A stretch of DNA of 64,000 nt from Octopus vulgaris (taxonomy: Eukaryota), in contig OX597827.1 in the NCBI GenBank assembly GCA_951406725.2, positions 61,070,001 to 61,134,000 of the forward strand. Reading direction: 5' to 3'. Below the pieces are notes generated by a model, which was not told the origin of the DNA, did not search any database, and saw only the letters and a program-made list of their open reading frames with translations. Below, in pieces: positions 30,261 to 43,949 of the stretch; positions within the stretch are counted from its first letter, which is position 1, and each line of letters opens with the position of its first letter. The position numbers and the translations under genes are program-made.

Positions 30261-32151
30261 CATATATATATATATACATACACATACATATATATATATA
30301 CATACACATACATATATATATATATACATACACATATATATATATATACATACACATACACACACACACACACACATACATACATATATATATATACATA
30401 CACATATATATATATGTATACACATACATATATATATATATACATACACATATATATATATATGCATACACATACATATATATATATATGCATACACATA
30501 CATATATATATATATGTATACACATACATATATATATATATGCATACACATACATATATATATATATGCATACATATACATATATATATATATATACATA
30601 CACATACATATATATATATATGCATACATATACATATACATACACATATACATACACATACATATATATATATATGCATACATATACATATATATGCATA
30701 CATATACATATATATATATATATATACATACACATACATATATATATATATACATACACATATATATATATATACATACACATACATATATATATATATA
30801 CATACACATACATATATATATATATACATACACATACATATATATATATATACATACACATACATATATATATATATACATACACATACATATATATATA
30901 TATACATACACATACATATATATATATATACATACACATACATACATACACATACATATATATATATATACATACACATACATATATATATATACATACA
31001 CATACATATATATATATACATACACATACATATATATATATATACATACACATACATATATATATATATACATACACATACATATATATATATATACATA
31101 CACATACATATATATATATATACATACACATACATATATATATATATACATACACATACATATATATATATATACATACACATACATATATATATATATA
31201 CATACACATACATATATATATATATATCATACACATACATACATATATATATATATACATACACATACATATATATATATATACATACACATACATATAT
31301 ATATATATACATACACATACATATATATATATTCATACACATACATATATATATATATTCATACACATACATATATATATATATGCATACACATACATAT
31401 ATATATATATATGCATACACATACATATATATATATATATACATACACATACATATATATATATATACATACACATACATATATATATATATATATTTTA
31501 ATCCAAACGGGACATACACATACATATATATATATATATACACATACATACACATATACACATACACATACACATATATATACATACACATACACATATA
31601 TATACATACACATATATATACATACACATACACATATATATACATACACATACACATATATATACATACACATACATATATATATACATACACATACATA
31701 TATATATATATATACATACACATACATATATATATATATATATATACATACACATACATATATATATATATATATACATACACATACATATATATATATA
31801 TATACATACACATACATATATATATATACATACACATACATATATATATACATACACATACATATATACACATACATATACATATATACACATACATATA
31901 CATATATACACATACATATATATATACATACATATATATATATATATATACATACACATACATATATATATACACATACATATATATATATACATACACA
32001 TACATATATATATATACATACACATACATATACATATATATATATACATACACATACATATACATATATATATATATACATACACATACATATACATACA
32101 TATATATATATATACATACACATACATATATATATATACATACACATACAT

Positions 32152-32182
<31 letters not shown>

Positions 32183-32659
32183 CATACACATACATATATA
32201 TATATATACATACACATACATATATATATATATACATACACATACATATACATACATATATATATATATATATACATACACATACATATATATATATACA
32301 TACACATACATATATATATACATACACATACATATATATATACATACACATACATATATACACATACACATACATATATACACATACACATACATATATA
32401 CACATACATATATATATATATATATACATACACATACATATATACACATACATATATATATATATATATATACATACACATACATATATATATACATACA
32501 CATACATATATACACATACACATACATATATACACATACACATACATATATACACATACACATACATATATACACATACATATATATATATATATATACA
32601 TACACATACATATATATATACATACACATACATATATATATACATACACATACATATAT

Positions 32660-32691
<32 letters not shown>

Positions 32692-32797
32692 ATACACATA
32701 CATATATATATACACATATATACATATATACATACATATATATATACATACACATATATATACATACACATATATATACATACACATATATATACAT

Positions 32798-32836
<39 letters not shown>

Positions 32837-33029
32837 CACATATATATATACACATATATATATATATACATACATATATATATACATACACATACATATA
32901 TATATACACATATATATATATACATACATATATATATACATACACATACATATATATATATATATACATACACATACATATATATATATATATATACATA
33001 CACATACATATATACACATACATACATAC

Positions 33030-33064
<35 letters not shown>

Positions 33065-33447
33065 CATACACATACATATATATATATACATACACATACA
33101 TATATATATACATACACATACATATATATATACATACACATACATATATACACATACACATACATATATACACATACACATACATATATACACATACATA
33201 TATATATATATATACATACACATACATATATATATACATACACATACATATATACACATACACATACATATATATATACATACACATACATATATACACA
33301 TACACATATATATATATATATATACATACACATACATATATATATACACATATATATATATATACATACATATATATATACATACATATATATATACATA
33401 CACATATATATACATACACATATATATACATACACATATATATACAT

Positions 33448-33486
<39 letters not shown>

Positions 33487-34143
33487 CACATACATATATA
33501 TATACATACACATACATATATATATACATACACATACATATATATATACACATATATATATATACATACATATATATATACATACACATACATATATATA
33601 TATATATACATACACATACATATATATATATATATATACATACACATACATATATATATATATATATACATACACATACATATATATATATATACATACA
33701 CATACATATATATATATATATACATACACATACATATATATATATATACATACACATACATATATATATATATATACATACACATACATATATATATATA
33801 TATACATACATATATATATATATATACACACACATATATATATATATATATATACATACACATACATATATATATATATATACATACATATATATATACA
33901 TACACATACATATATATATACATACACATATATATACATACACATACATATATATATACATACACATACATATATATATACATACACATACATATATATA
34001 TACATACACATACATATATATATATATACACACACATATACATACACACATACATATATATATATACACACACACATATATATACACACATACATATACA
34101 TACACACATACATATACATACACACATACATATATATATATAT

Positions 34144-34211
<68 letters not shown>

Positions 34212-35407
34212 ATATATATATATATATATACACATACATATATATATATATACACACATACATATATATATATATATACACACATACATATATATACACA
34301 TATACATATATATATACATATACATATACATACATATATACACATATACATACATATATACACATATACATACATATATACACATATACATACATATATA
34401 CACATATACATACATATATACACATATACATACATATATACACATATACATACATATATACACATATACATACATATATACACATATACATACATATATA
34501 CACATATACATACATATATACATACATATATATACACATATACACACATATACATACATATACACATATACATACATATACACATATACATACATATACA
34601 CATATACATATATATACACATATACATACATATACACATATACATACACATACATATACACATACATATGTATACATATACACATACATATATATACATA
34701 CACACATACATATATATACATACACATATATACACATATACATACATATATATATATACACATATACATACATATATATAAACATATACATACATATATA
34801 TAAACATATACATATATATATAAACATATACATACATATATATATATACACATATACATACATATATATACACATATACATACATATATATACACATATA
34901 CATACATATATATACACATATACATACATATATATACACATATACATACATATATATACACATATACATACATATATATACACATATACATACATATATA
35001 TACACATATACATACATATATATATACACATATATACATATATATATACACATATATACATACATATATATATACACATATACATACACATATATATACA
35101 CACATATATATATACACACATATATATACACATATATATACACACATACATACACACATACATACACACATACATACATATATATACACATATACATACA
35201 TACATATATATATATACAGATATACATACACACATATACATACATATATATACACATATACATGCACACATATACATACATATATATACACATATACATG
35301 CACACATATACATACATATATATATACACATATACATACATATATATATACACATATACATACATATATATATACACACACATATACATACACATATACA
35401 CACACAT

Positions 35408-35450
<43 letters not shown>

Positions 35451-35491
35451 TACACACATATATATATATATATACACACATATACATACAC

Positions 35492-35522
<31 letters not shown>

Positions 35523-35745
35523 TACATATATATACACACATATACACATATATACATATATACACATACATATATAGATATACATATATACACAAACATA
35601 TATACACATACATACATATACAAATATACCTGTATATATATTCATAATATATATATGCTCACATACACATACATACACATATATACATACATACATACAC
35701 ATATACACAATTGTATTAAACACACACACACACATTACATATACA
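27241..35745. repeat. 8.5-kb compound TA/CA microsatellite array with local variants and higher-order blocks
   Basis: Direct inspection; tgcata variants cluster at 28316-28960 and 30460-30700; block near 32730 recurs near 33370. Confidence 0.97.
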
Positions 35746-35804
35746 TAAATAGAAACAATCTTACATCCAGATTCTCCAACCCATACCAGCATGGGAATCA
35801 AACA

Positions 35805-36439
35805 TTGTATTGAAAGAACTGAACAGAGGTATAGATATCAACACAATTATTTCTTCTTCCTCTATTCCTTCTCTTTTCCATTGACAGGCCTTTCAGATAC
35901 ACAGGCACCCCCACACACACAAAAACACATACACACTCTCTGTCACTGGACAATGATGAAAAGAAATCCATTAAAAAATTTTTTTTGAAAACCAAGAGAC
36001 CCCTTGGAGAAGCCACCTGATTTTACCATTTTTAAAAGGACAAGAATCACTTTCTATTGAAAGAACTGACCAGCTGTATAAAAGTAAACACATTTTTTTT
36101 TTCTTCTTTCTCTCTTCCTTCTTCCTTTCCTTCTGAACAACAGTATAGATATCAACTCCTTTCAAAAGCACACACACACTCTCACTTTCTCCCCATTCCT
36201 CACCCTCTTGTACTATCTTATATCTCTCCACCCCTACATACTCAATAATACTATAAAAAGAGTCAAATCTGAAAATATTCAATCTGAAGACTCCACTACA
36301 GTGGATGTAAGGGCTAATATATGATTTATAAAAAAATGACATTAATAAATATCTGTAAATATAAAACCATCCACATTTCTGAGTACCTTATTTCTTCTAA
36401 TATACACGTATATATACACACACACACATATATATATAT

Positions 36440-36484
<45 letters not shown>

Positions 36485-37200
36485 TACAATATATATATAT
36501 AAATATAGTTTGACATATACATACACACATATAGACATATACATACATATATAGAAATATTTACATATATACAAATACAGATACACATATATACATATAC
36601 ACATATATACATACACATACATATATAGACATATGTATATACACACACACACATATATACATATATATATATACGCACATATATGTATGTATATATGTGT
36701 GTGTGTGTGTGTGTGTGAATATATATATTTATGTATATTTACTTATATACATACATACATATACACATATATATATATATGTACACATACACATATATCC
36801 ATATATGTATACACATATATATAAGCTCAAGCCAAGAATTACTTACTATTGAAAGATGGACCAGCTGCAAAGATACCAACAAATTTTCTCTCCTTGTTCT
36901 GCCTTTCCTTCTCTTTTTCCTTAACTCTCCTTTCAGATACAAAAACGCACACACACGCTCTCTCTCACTTTCTCCCCATTCCTCACCCTCTTGTACTATC
37001 ATATATCTCTCCCCACCCCTACACACTCAATAATACTATAAAAAGAGTCAAAATTCTTACAAAAGTTCAATTTGAAAACTCCACTAGAATGGACGAAAGC
37101 ACTAATATATGATTTATAAAAACATGTAACATACTAATAAATATCTGTAAATATAAAACCATCCAGATTTCTGAGTACCTCATTTCTTCTAATATATGAT
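35805..37200 (+). mobile_element. Tandem ~350-bp units with decayed hammerhead-like core (Penelope-like pLTR or retrozyme-like)
   Basis: 36050-36400 and 36845-37195 are diverged direct copies, with a partial third near 35805-35940; CTGAAGA-ctccac-taca-gtgga at 36284 and TTGAAAA-ctcca-ctagaa-tggac-GAAA at 37072. Confidence 0.55.
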
Positions 37201-37402
37201 ACCTGTACATCATCTCCAAACCTAATATACACACACATATATATACATACATCAATATACAAAGATATATGTATATATATATATATATATTTATTTTTAT
37301 ATATATATATATATACATACACGCACACACATACATACATATCTATATATAAACATACATATCTGTATAGACACATGCACATTTATATACACACATATAC
37401 AC

Positions 37403-37501
37403 ACGTAAAAGACTTTTTCAATTCCTGAGCGTTATACTAATACATCTGTTTGTTTTGTACACCACCTGTCTTCGTCTTTTGTTTTTGTGTGAATTCTCCC
37501 T
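37403..37501 (+). mobile_element. Penelope-like pLTR 3' fragment (same family as 61503-61702)
   Basis: acgtaaaagactttt..attcctgagcgttatactaatacatctgtttgttttgtacaccacctgtcttcg shared with 50291-50387 and 61600-61700. Confidence 0.65.
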
Positions 37502-37983
37502 AAATGTACACATACATATATATATACATATCCATACACATATCCATATATATATATACATACATACACATATACATATTTATATACACACACATATATA
37601 CATACAAATACATATACACACATATACATATAGACATATATACACACATATACATATAGACATATATACACACATATACAAATACACATACATATACACA
37701 GATATATACATATATACATACATATATACACATATACATACATAGATACACACATATACATATATACACATATACATACATATATACACATATACATACA
37801 TATATACACATATACATACATATATACACATATACATACATACACATATACATACATATATACACATATACATACATATATACACATATACATACATATA
37901 TACATATACAGGTATATATACATATAAATATATATATATACATACATATACACATGTATATACACACACATATGTATGTATAC

Positions 37984-38033
<50 letters not shown>

Positions 38034-38035
38034 TT

Positions 38036-38170
38036 CAATGGCCCACAACTCTTTAATATCCTCCTAAAATAACTGTGAGACCTGCACGGTGTGAATGTGT
38101 CTTTAAAACGAAACTGGATCCCTTCCTATCAAGGGTTCCAGACAAGCCTGCCTCACCATAGGAAACACAG
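38036..38170 (+). mobile_element. Short CR1/L2-group LINE C-terminal fragment
   Basis: [32 protein letters not shown] matches the ORF2 C-terminus; starts directly after a (TG)n run. Confidence 0.8.
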
Positions 38171-38800
38171 TTTCAAACGAACTACAATACTCTCCCACCT
38201 CTACACCTGGACCAGGCCGAGTTCGCAACCGCTAGGAGGTTGATCAAAGTATTTGAGAAACGTGCTAAAATCGGATAGCAAATAAAGTTTCTTAGACGCT
38301 GCCTAAAAAACAACATAATTCCCAATACCTATTTCTTTACTACCCACAAGGGGCTAAACACAGAAGGGACAATCAAGGACAGACAAACGGATTAAGTCGA
38401 TTATATCGACCCCAGTGTGTAAATGGTACTTATTTAATTGACCCCGAATGGATGAAAGGCAAAGTCGACCTCGGCGGAATTTGAACTCAGAACGTATCAG
38501 CAGACGAAATACAGAAAAGCATTTCGCCCGGCGTGCTAACGATTCTGCCAGCTTCGCCGCCTTTACCAATAGGAACATACATCTACCCTCATGTTCCCAC
38601 AGCCTTGCCCTTCAACAATCACTGAAATACATATGTCCATCATCAGAAAAATCACACAGCATCTACCCCAACAATTACATGAGCACATATGCAAATTCTC
38701 TGAAATAATATCCAGCATCCCATCAACCATTGATCTGAAGAAGGAACTTTATTTTGAAATATTATTAGACTATGGATGACTAAATTACAACAGGTATATA
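38171..38800 (+). pseudogene. Penelope-like element ORF N-terminal remnant interrupted by a SINE
   Basis: EFATARRLIKVFEKRAKIG*QIKFLRRCLKNNIIPNT resembles the FLxRCxxxxIIP motif at PLE ORF N-termini; continues after 38561. Confidence 0.5.
38330..38561 (-). mobile_element. tRNA-derived SINE with Nin-like core (family B)
   Basis: ggcggcgaagctggcagaatcgttagcacg (A box), gagttcaaattcc (B box), gcctttcatccattcggggtcaattaaataagtacc core. Confidence 0.85.
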
Positions 38801-38959
38801 GCCTATTGTTTGTATTATAGTGCATTGTTGTGCCATTCAAAACTTGTTATTCTTCACAAACAATACACAATGCTTCAAGCAAACTGCAATACTCTTGTAT
38901 AAATATATGTGTATGTATGCGTATATGTGTGTGTGTATATATGTGTATACGTGCATATA

Positions 38960-39014
<55 letters not shown>

Positions 39015-39080
39015 TTATATATATATACATGTATACAGATATATATACATGTGTGTGTGTATGCATGTGTGTGTATATAT

Positions 39081-40788
39081 TACTCCCCAATACACTTTAT
39101 CGGACATAACATTTGGCGCTCCTGATGTCTTAGCAGCAATAAAGGAAATGAAGCATAATTCAGCAGTAGGTCCCGATAGGTTCCCTGCTTGTGTCTTGAA
39201 GATGTGTCAAAACCAACTCGCACCCCCTCTAGCCAATCTGTGGCGGAACTCACTGGATGCTGGATATATACCAGAGGACCTTCTATCCCAGTCTGTTGTC
39301 CCAGTTTTCAAAAAAGGAAACAAATCGCTTGCTGTGAATTACCGTCCAATCTCACTCACCTCTCATATCATCAAGGTATTTGAGAGGGTGCTGAGATCGC
39401 GTATGACTCACTTCCTTGAGAGGCATAATATGCTGAACCCCAACCAGCATGGATTCCGTAATGGGAGAGATTGCCTGACGCAGCTACTGCATCATTTTGA
39501 TGACATTTTGAGAGCCTTGGGAGAAGGTTCCAACACTGATGTCATCTACCTTGATTTCAGCAAGGCCTTTGACAGGGTTGATCATAAGATCCTTCTGAGA
39601 AAGCTGTCCAATATTGGTGTCACTGGAAAGTTGCTGCAGTGGATCAAGTGCTTCCTGTCTAACAGAACCCAACATGTTGTAGTCGAAGGAGTCAAATCCA
39701 GCCCAGCCAAAGTCAGCAGTGGTGTCCCACAAGGCACTGTGTTGGGCCCACTTCTCTTCATCATCTACATAAATGATATTACTGATACCATCAAACACAG
39801 TAACATCAGAACCTTCGCTGATGACTCCAAGCTCCAGAAGGTCATCAATGGCGTGGATGACCGAATAAACCTTCAGTCAGACCTACTGGCTGTTGTCCAA
39901 TGGGCGGAAAAGAATAACATGTTGCTAAATGAAGACAAATTTGAACTGATCCACTTTGGAAGGGAGGACGCTCTGAAACTCCCATACTCTCTTCCTTCTG
40001 GAGAAATTCTCATGGCATCCAACAACATCAGAGACCTGGGAGTAACAGTGGACAACAACATAAGCTGGGCTACACATATAAGCAGCAAAGTTGACATGGC
40101 CCGCAGAATGTGTTCCTGGATTCTCAGAACCTTCCAGTCGAGAGATTCCCACACTATTATCCTTCTCTTCTCCACTTTTGCCCGACCCCACCTTGAATAC
40201 TGCTGTCCACTGTGGTCTCCCTACACAAAACAAAATATTATGAGAATTGAAGCTCCCCAAAGGTCAATCACAAAAAAGATAGATGGCATGTCAGACCTTG
40301 ACTACTGGGGTAGACTAGAGAAGCTGAAATTGTATTCACTCCAACGACGCCGTGAACGCTACATTATCTGTATGATGTGGAAAATATTCCACCAGCACTG
40401 TCCGAATGATGTTGGCATCACCTTCAAAATGCATCCAAGGCTTGGACCACGTGCCATCCGTCCACAACAAAAATCTAAATCGCATCACATAACGACAATA
40501 CGGCACAACTATTTCACCTCAATTGGACCTGCTCTCTTCAACATTACACCAGGGCACGTCAAAAAAGAAACTGACCACACAAAATTCAAGAAGTCTTTGG
40601 ACAAATTCCTTCAAACAGTACCGGACAAACCACCCACACCCGGATATGTCTCCGCAAACAATAACTCTCTGCTCGAATGGGCCTTGGTGCCCAAATCCTG
40701 AACTGAAAGACTTCACCAGGTGGTGCTATTAAGTTAGACATGGCCTGGGCCAATACTGGCCAAAACCTTTCTAAGTTATTCTAAGTTA
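39081..40788 (+). mobile_element. 5'-truncated CR1/L2-group LINE, divergent subfamily, RT frame intact to stop 40701
   Basis: [57 protein letters not shown]; tail (TTCTAAGTTA)2; flanked by ~68-bp direct repeats. Confidence 0.95.
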
Positions 40789-40892
40789 TACATATATGCA
40801 TATACTTATATATATACATGTATACAGATATATATACATGTGTGTGTATGCATGTGTGTGTATATATGTATGTATATATATATATATATATA

Positions 40893-43372
40893 AACTATTT
40901 TTAAATGTTTCAACTTTAAAGCTGCGGTCATGCTGGGGCACCATCATTGACTGAGTTACACCATCGTTTGAAACCTCCTCTGATATGTGGCATTTGGTCA
41001 GTGAGTGTGTTTGATGGCAGTGCCCCCATCTGTGTTTCCTATAGTGAGACTGGCTCATCTGGAACCCTTGATAGGAAGTGGTCCAGTTTTGTTTTAAAGA
41101 CACTTATATCCACACCATGCAAGTCTCTCAGTTATTTTAGAAGGATATTAAAGAACTGTGGGCCCTTGAAGCCCAAGCTGTTGCAGTATCTGGTCCTGTA
41201 TTTTGATGGCGATGCTGCGATCTTTGGCACTATGCAGTATCCCCCCGTTCTGCAGTTTGAGTAACTTTCAATGCCAAAATTTGGTACAAGGCCATCTAGG
41301 ATTTTCCAGACATATATCACTGCACATCTTTCTCACCTTCATTCCAGGGAGAAGAGTTTTAATTCTTTCAGTCTTTCCCAGTACCTGATACGTTGCATCG
41401 AGATGATTTTCTTAGTGTAGCTGTGTTGGATTGCTTTGAGTTCCACTGTGGATTTTATTTTGTGTGGTGACCATAGTTGGGAGCAGTAGTCCAAGTGGCT
41501 GAGAATGTATATCCTCCAAAGGATCATCAATGTCTCCTTTTCTCTTGTTTTGAAAGTTTAAAGGATCCATCCAGCTAGCCATCTGCATCTTATTACCAAA
41601 TTGGTAATATGCACTTGGAAAGATGCATCATTGCTTATGTCAATGCCCAGGTCACGCACTGATTTTGATTAAGGGATTTCAATTCCTCCTGGGGCAGTGT
41701 ATCCGACCTGCATGCTGTTTAGCTTTGTGTGCTGGTAACATAGGGCCTGGAATTTTCCTGCATTAAAATGCATATTGTTGTCCTCCACCCAACTCCCGTT
41801 CTGTATTGTCTTTATTGTCTGAGAAACTTTTGTGTCATCTGCATAGCTAGCAAGGGTGGCTATCTTTAGCAGTTGAGGGCATGTCTGAGAGGGCCACTAT
41901 GAATAGCAGTAGCCCCAAGACAGTGCTCTGTGGAACATCACTTGCTATTTGTGTTTCCTTGGAGGTGGCTCCATTCGCCACTACTGCCTGACGTCTTTCA
42001 GAAAGTGGTGCAGCCATTCTCCAAGTTTTCCACCTATACCGAGATCATGCAGTTTGTGACATATCATACTATGGTCAACTTTATCAAAGCAAGACATATG
42101 ACATCCACACTTGAGTCATTCAGAAGCTGTTTTAAAATCCAGTCGTAGTGTTGCAGGAGCTGTGTCAGAGAGCTTCTACATGGTCGAAATCCATTCTGGG
42201 TGTCAGTCAGCAAGTCATTTTTTTCTAGGAATACGATTAGTTTCTCACAGATTATTCGTTCTATGACTTTACTGATATGTGAGGTCAGAGTACATAAACA
42301 TAATTTTTAGCATCTGCTCTGCTTCCTCCCTTATGGATAGGGTATATTATCCCTTCCTTCAATTTGTCTGAAAGCTTACCTCTTGCAAGGAAGCTCTGAA
42401 AGAGAAGATGCAGTGGTTTTGTAAGGGCTCGCTTGCATGATTGAAATCCATCTGGGCCAGCAGCTGAGTTTGTGTCAACTTCATCTATGGCCAGTATTAC
42501 ATCTATGTTTATGCACTCAATTTCTTTTTACCTCTTTGGTTTTAGGTAATGTGGCAAAGAATTCTGCTGGTCTGTTCACATGCCTGTATCCCAGCAGTGT
42601 AGTGAACACACTTTGGAACTGTTCGTTCAGTATTTCACTTACCCTCATGGGATTTCCTGTGAGGGAGTCATCTTTTTGGAAGAGAGGTCCAATCTTGTGG
42701 CATATTGTGGCTGTTTCTTTGGCAATCTTAAAGAAAGCCTTAGGAGTTGACTTGATATTTTCTATAACCCAAGCTTCTTTATTTGCCCTCTTCTTTTCAT
42801 GAGACTGATGCAGATGTTTCTCAATTTCCAATAGCATTCTCTCTAGGCGAGACTTCTCACCACTTTTGGGATGCTTGCTCAGGCAGTTCACAAACTTTGT
42901 TGTCTCATAAGAATCTTCCTTTCTCTAGGGATCATGTTTTTGTGTATGTTGGCCTTGCACAATGGGATAGATCTGTCGCATATGGCTTGTATTATAGACA
43001 TGAAATGTTTGTTTCATGTCAATGTCTGGTGTGGAGAGACATTTAGGCCAACCCTGTTTGAGGATCTCTTTCTCAATCAACTTCCAATTTGCTTTATGAA
43101 AATTTAGTTTGGAGAGATTTTAGGTGCTTCATATAGGCTCTATGCTTGCAGGAGCTTTTGGTCCATACATAGACAGCTCTATTATATAGTGACCCAAGAT
43201 CAGCATCAGTGTCACTTTAACATTATGGATAATATCCATATTGTTTGTGAAGCAGAGATCCAGTATATCATTTGCCCTGGTTGGTTGAAGCACAATTTAC
43301 TCCTTGAAAGAGCCATTGGTAAGATGGAACAGAGACTGTCTGTGCTTGCTGTTGGTGTGTCATTCCTGGTAG
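40893..43372 (-). mobile_element. Degenerate CR1/L2-group LINE (end of APE through RT and 3' UTR)
   Basis: Collinear with 23603-26190; fragments [42 protein letters not shown]; many stops and frameshifts; TA runs at both ends. Confidence 0.92.
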
Positions 43373-43373
43373 A

Positions 43374-43408
<35 letters not shown>

Positions 43409-43417
43409 CACACATAT

Positions 43418-43848
43418 TAATAATGGTATTTATATAAGCTTAAAGCTCATGGCGATCACCGTCCAATGACTATGGAAAATATTCTAATAAAGGAGCATAC
43501 AAGCCCTCGACAGAAAAAAGAAGTGTTTCCTATCTGCATGGGACACGAACCCACATCCCTTTGTTAACGCAACAAAGTGTGTTACCTTTACACAAGAGAA
43601 TTAGCCTCCCTGTTTCTGTCAAATTTAAGAACTATATTAGTTCATATTTGTTTTATGTAAACAAACTTTCTATATGCTTTCAGTGCAAATGGTTTTAATA
43701 TACAGCACCTTTTTACTATCGAGGGCTTATATGCCTCTTTATTAGACTATTTTCCTTAATCATTGCACAGTGATTGCCATAGGCTTATTATTATTATTTA
43801 CCGAATTGTAAAACAGTGCCATATATCAAAACCATTCACATCAAAAGC

Positions 43849-43852
<4 letters not shown>
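43418..43852. mobile_element. Element with a tRNA-like cassette between inverted segments, in (TA)n
   Basis: 43443-43520 and 43802-43852 are each inverted copies of parts of 43671-43786; minus-strand tRNA-like arms at 43529-43600. Confidence 0.55.
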
Positions 43853-43888
<36 letters not shown>

Positions 43889-43949
43889 ATGTGTTTGTGT
43901 ATATGTGTGTATGTATGTGTTTGTATATGTGTGTGTGTATATATGGTGG

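Noticed and set aside
9586-38048. Very long ORFs rich in Y/I/H/T or Y/I/M/C/V (up to 2807 aa)
   Set aside because: Translations of stop-free TA/CA microsatellites in several frames on both strands; not genes
38830-39080. N-terminal part of the 623-aa ORF
   Set aside because: Flanking microsatellite; LINE homology starts at about 39081
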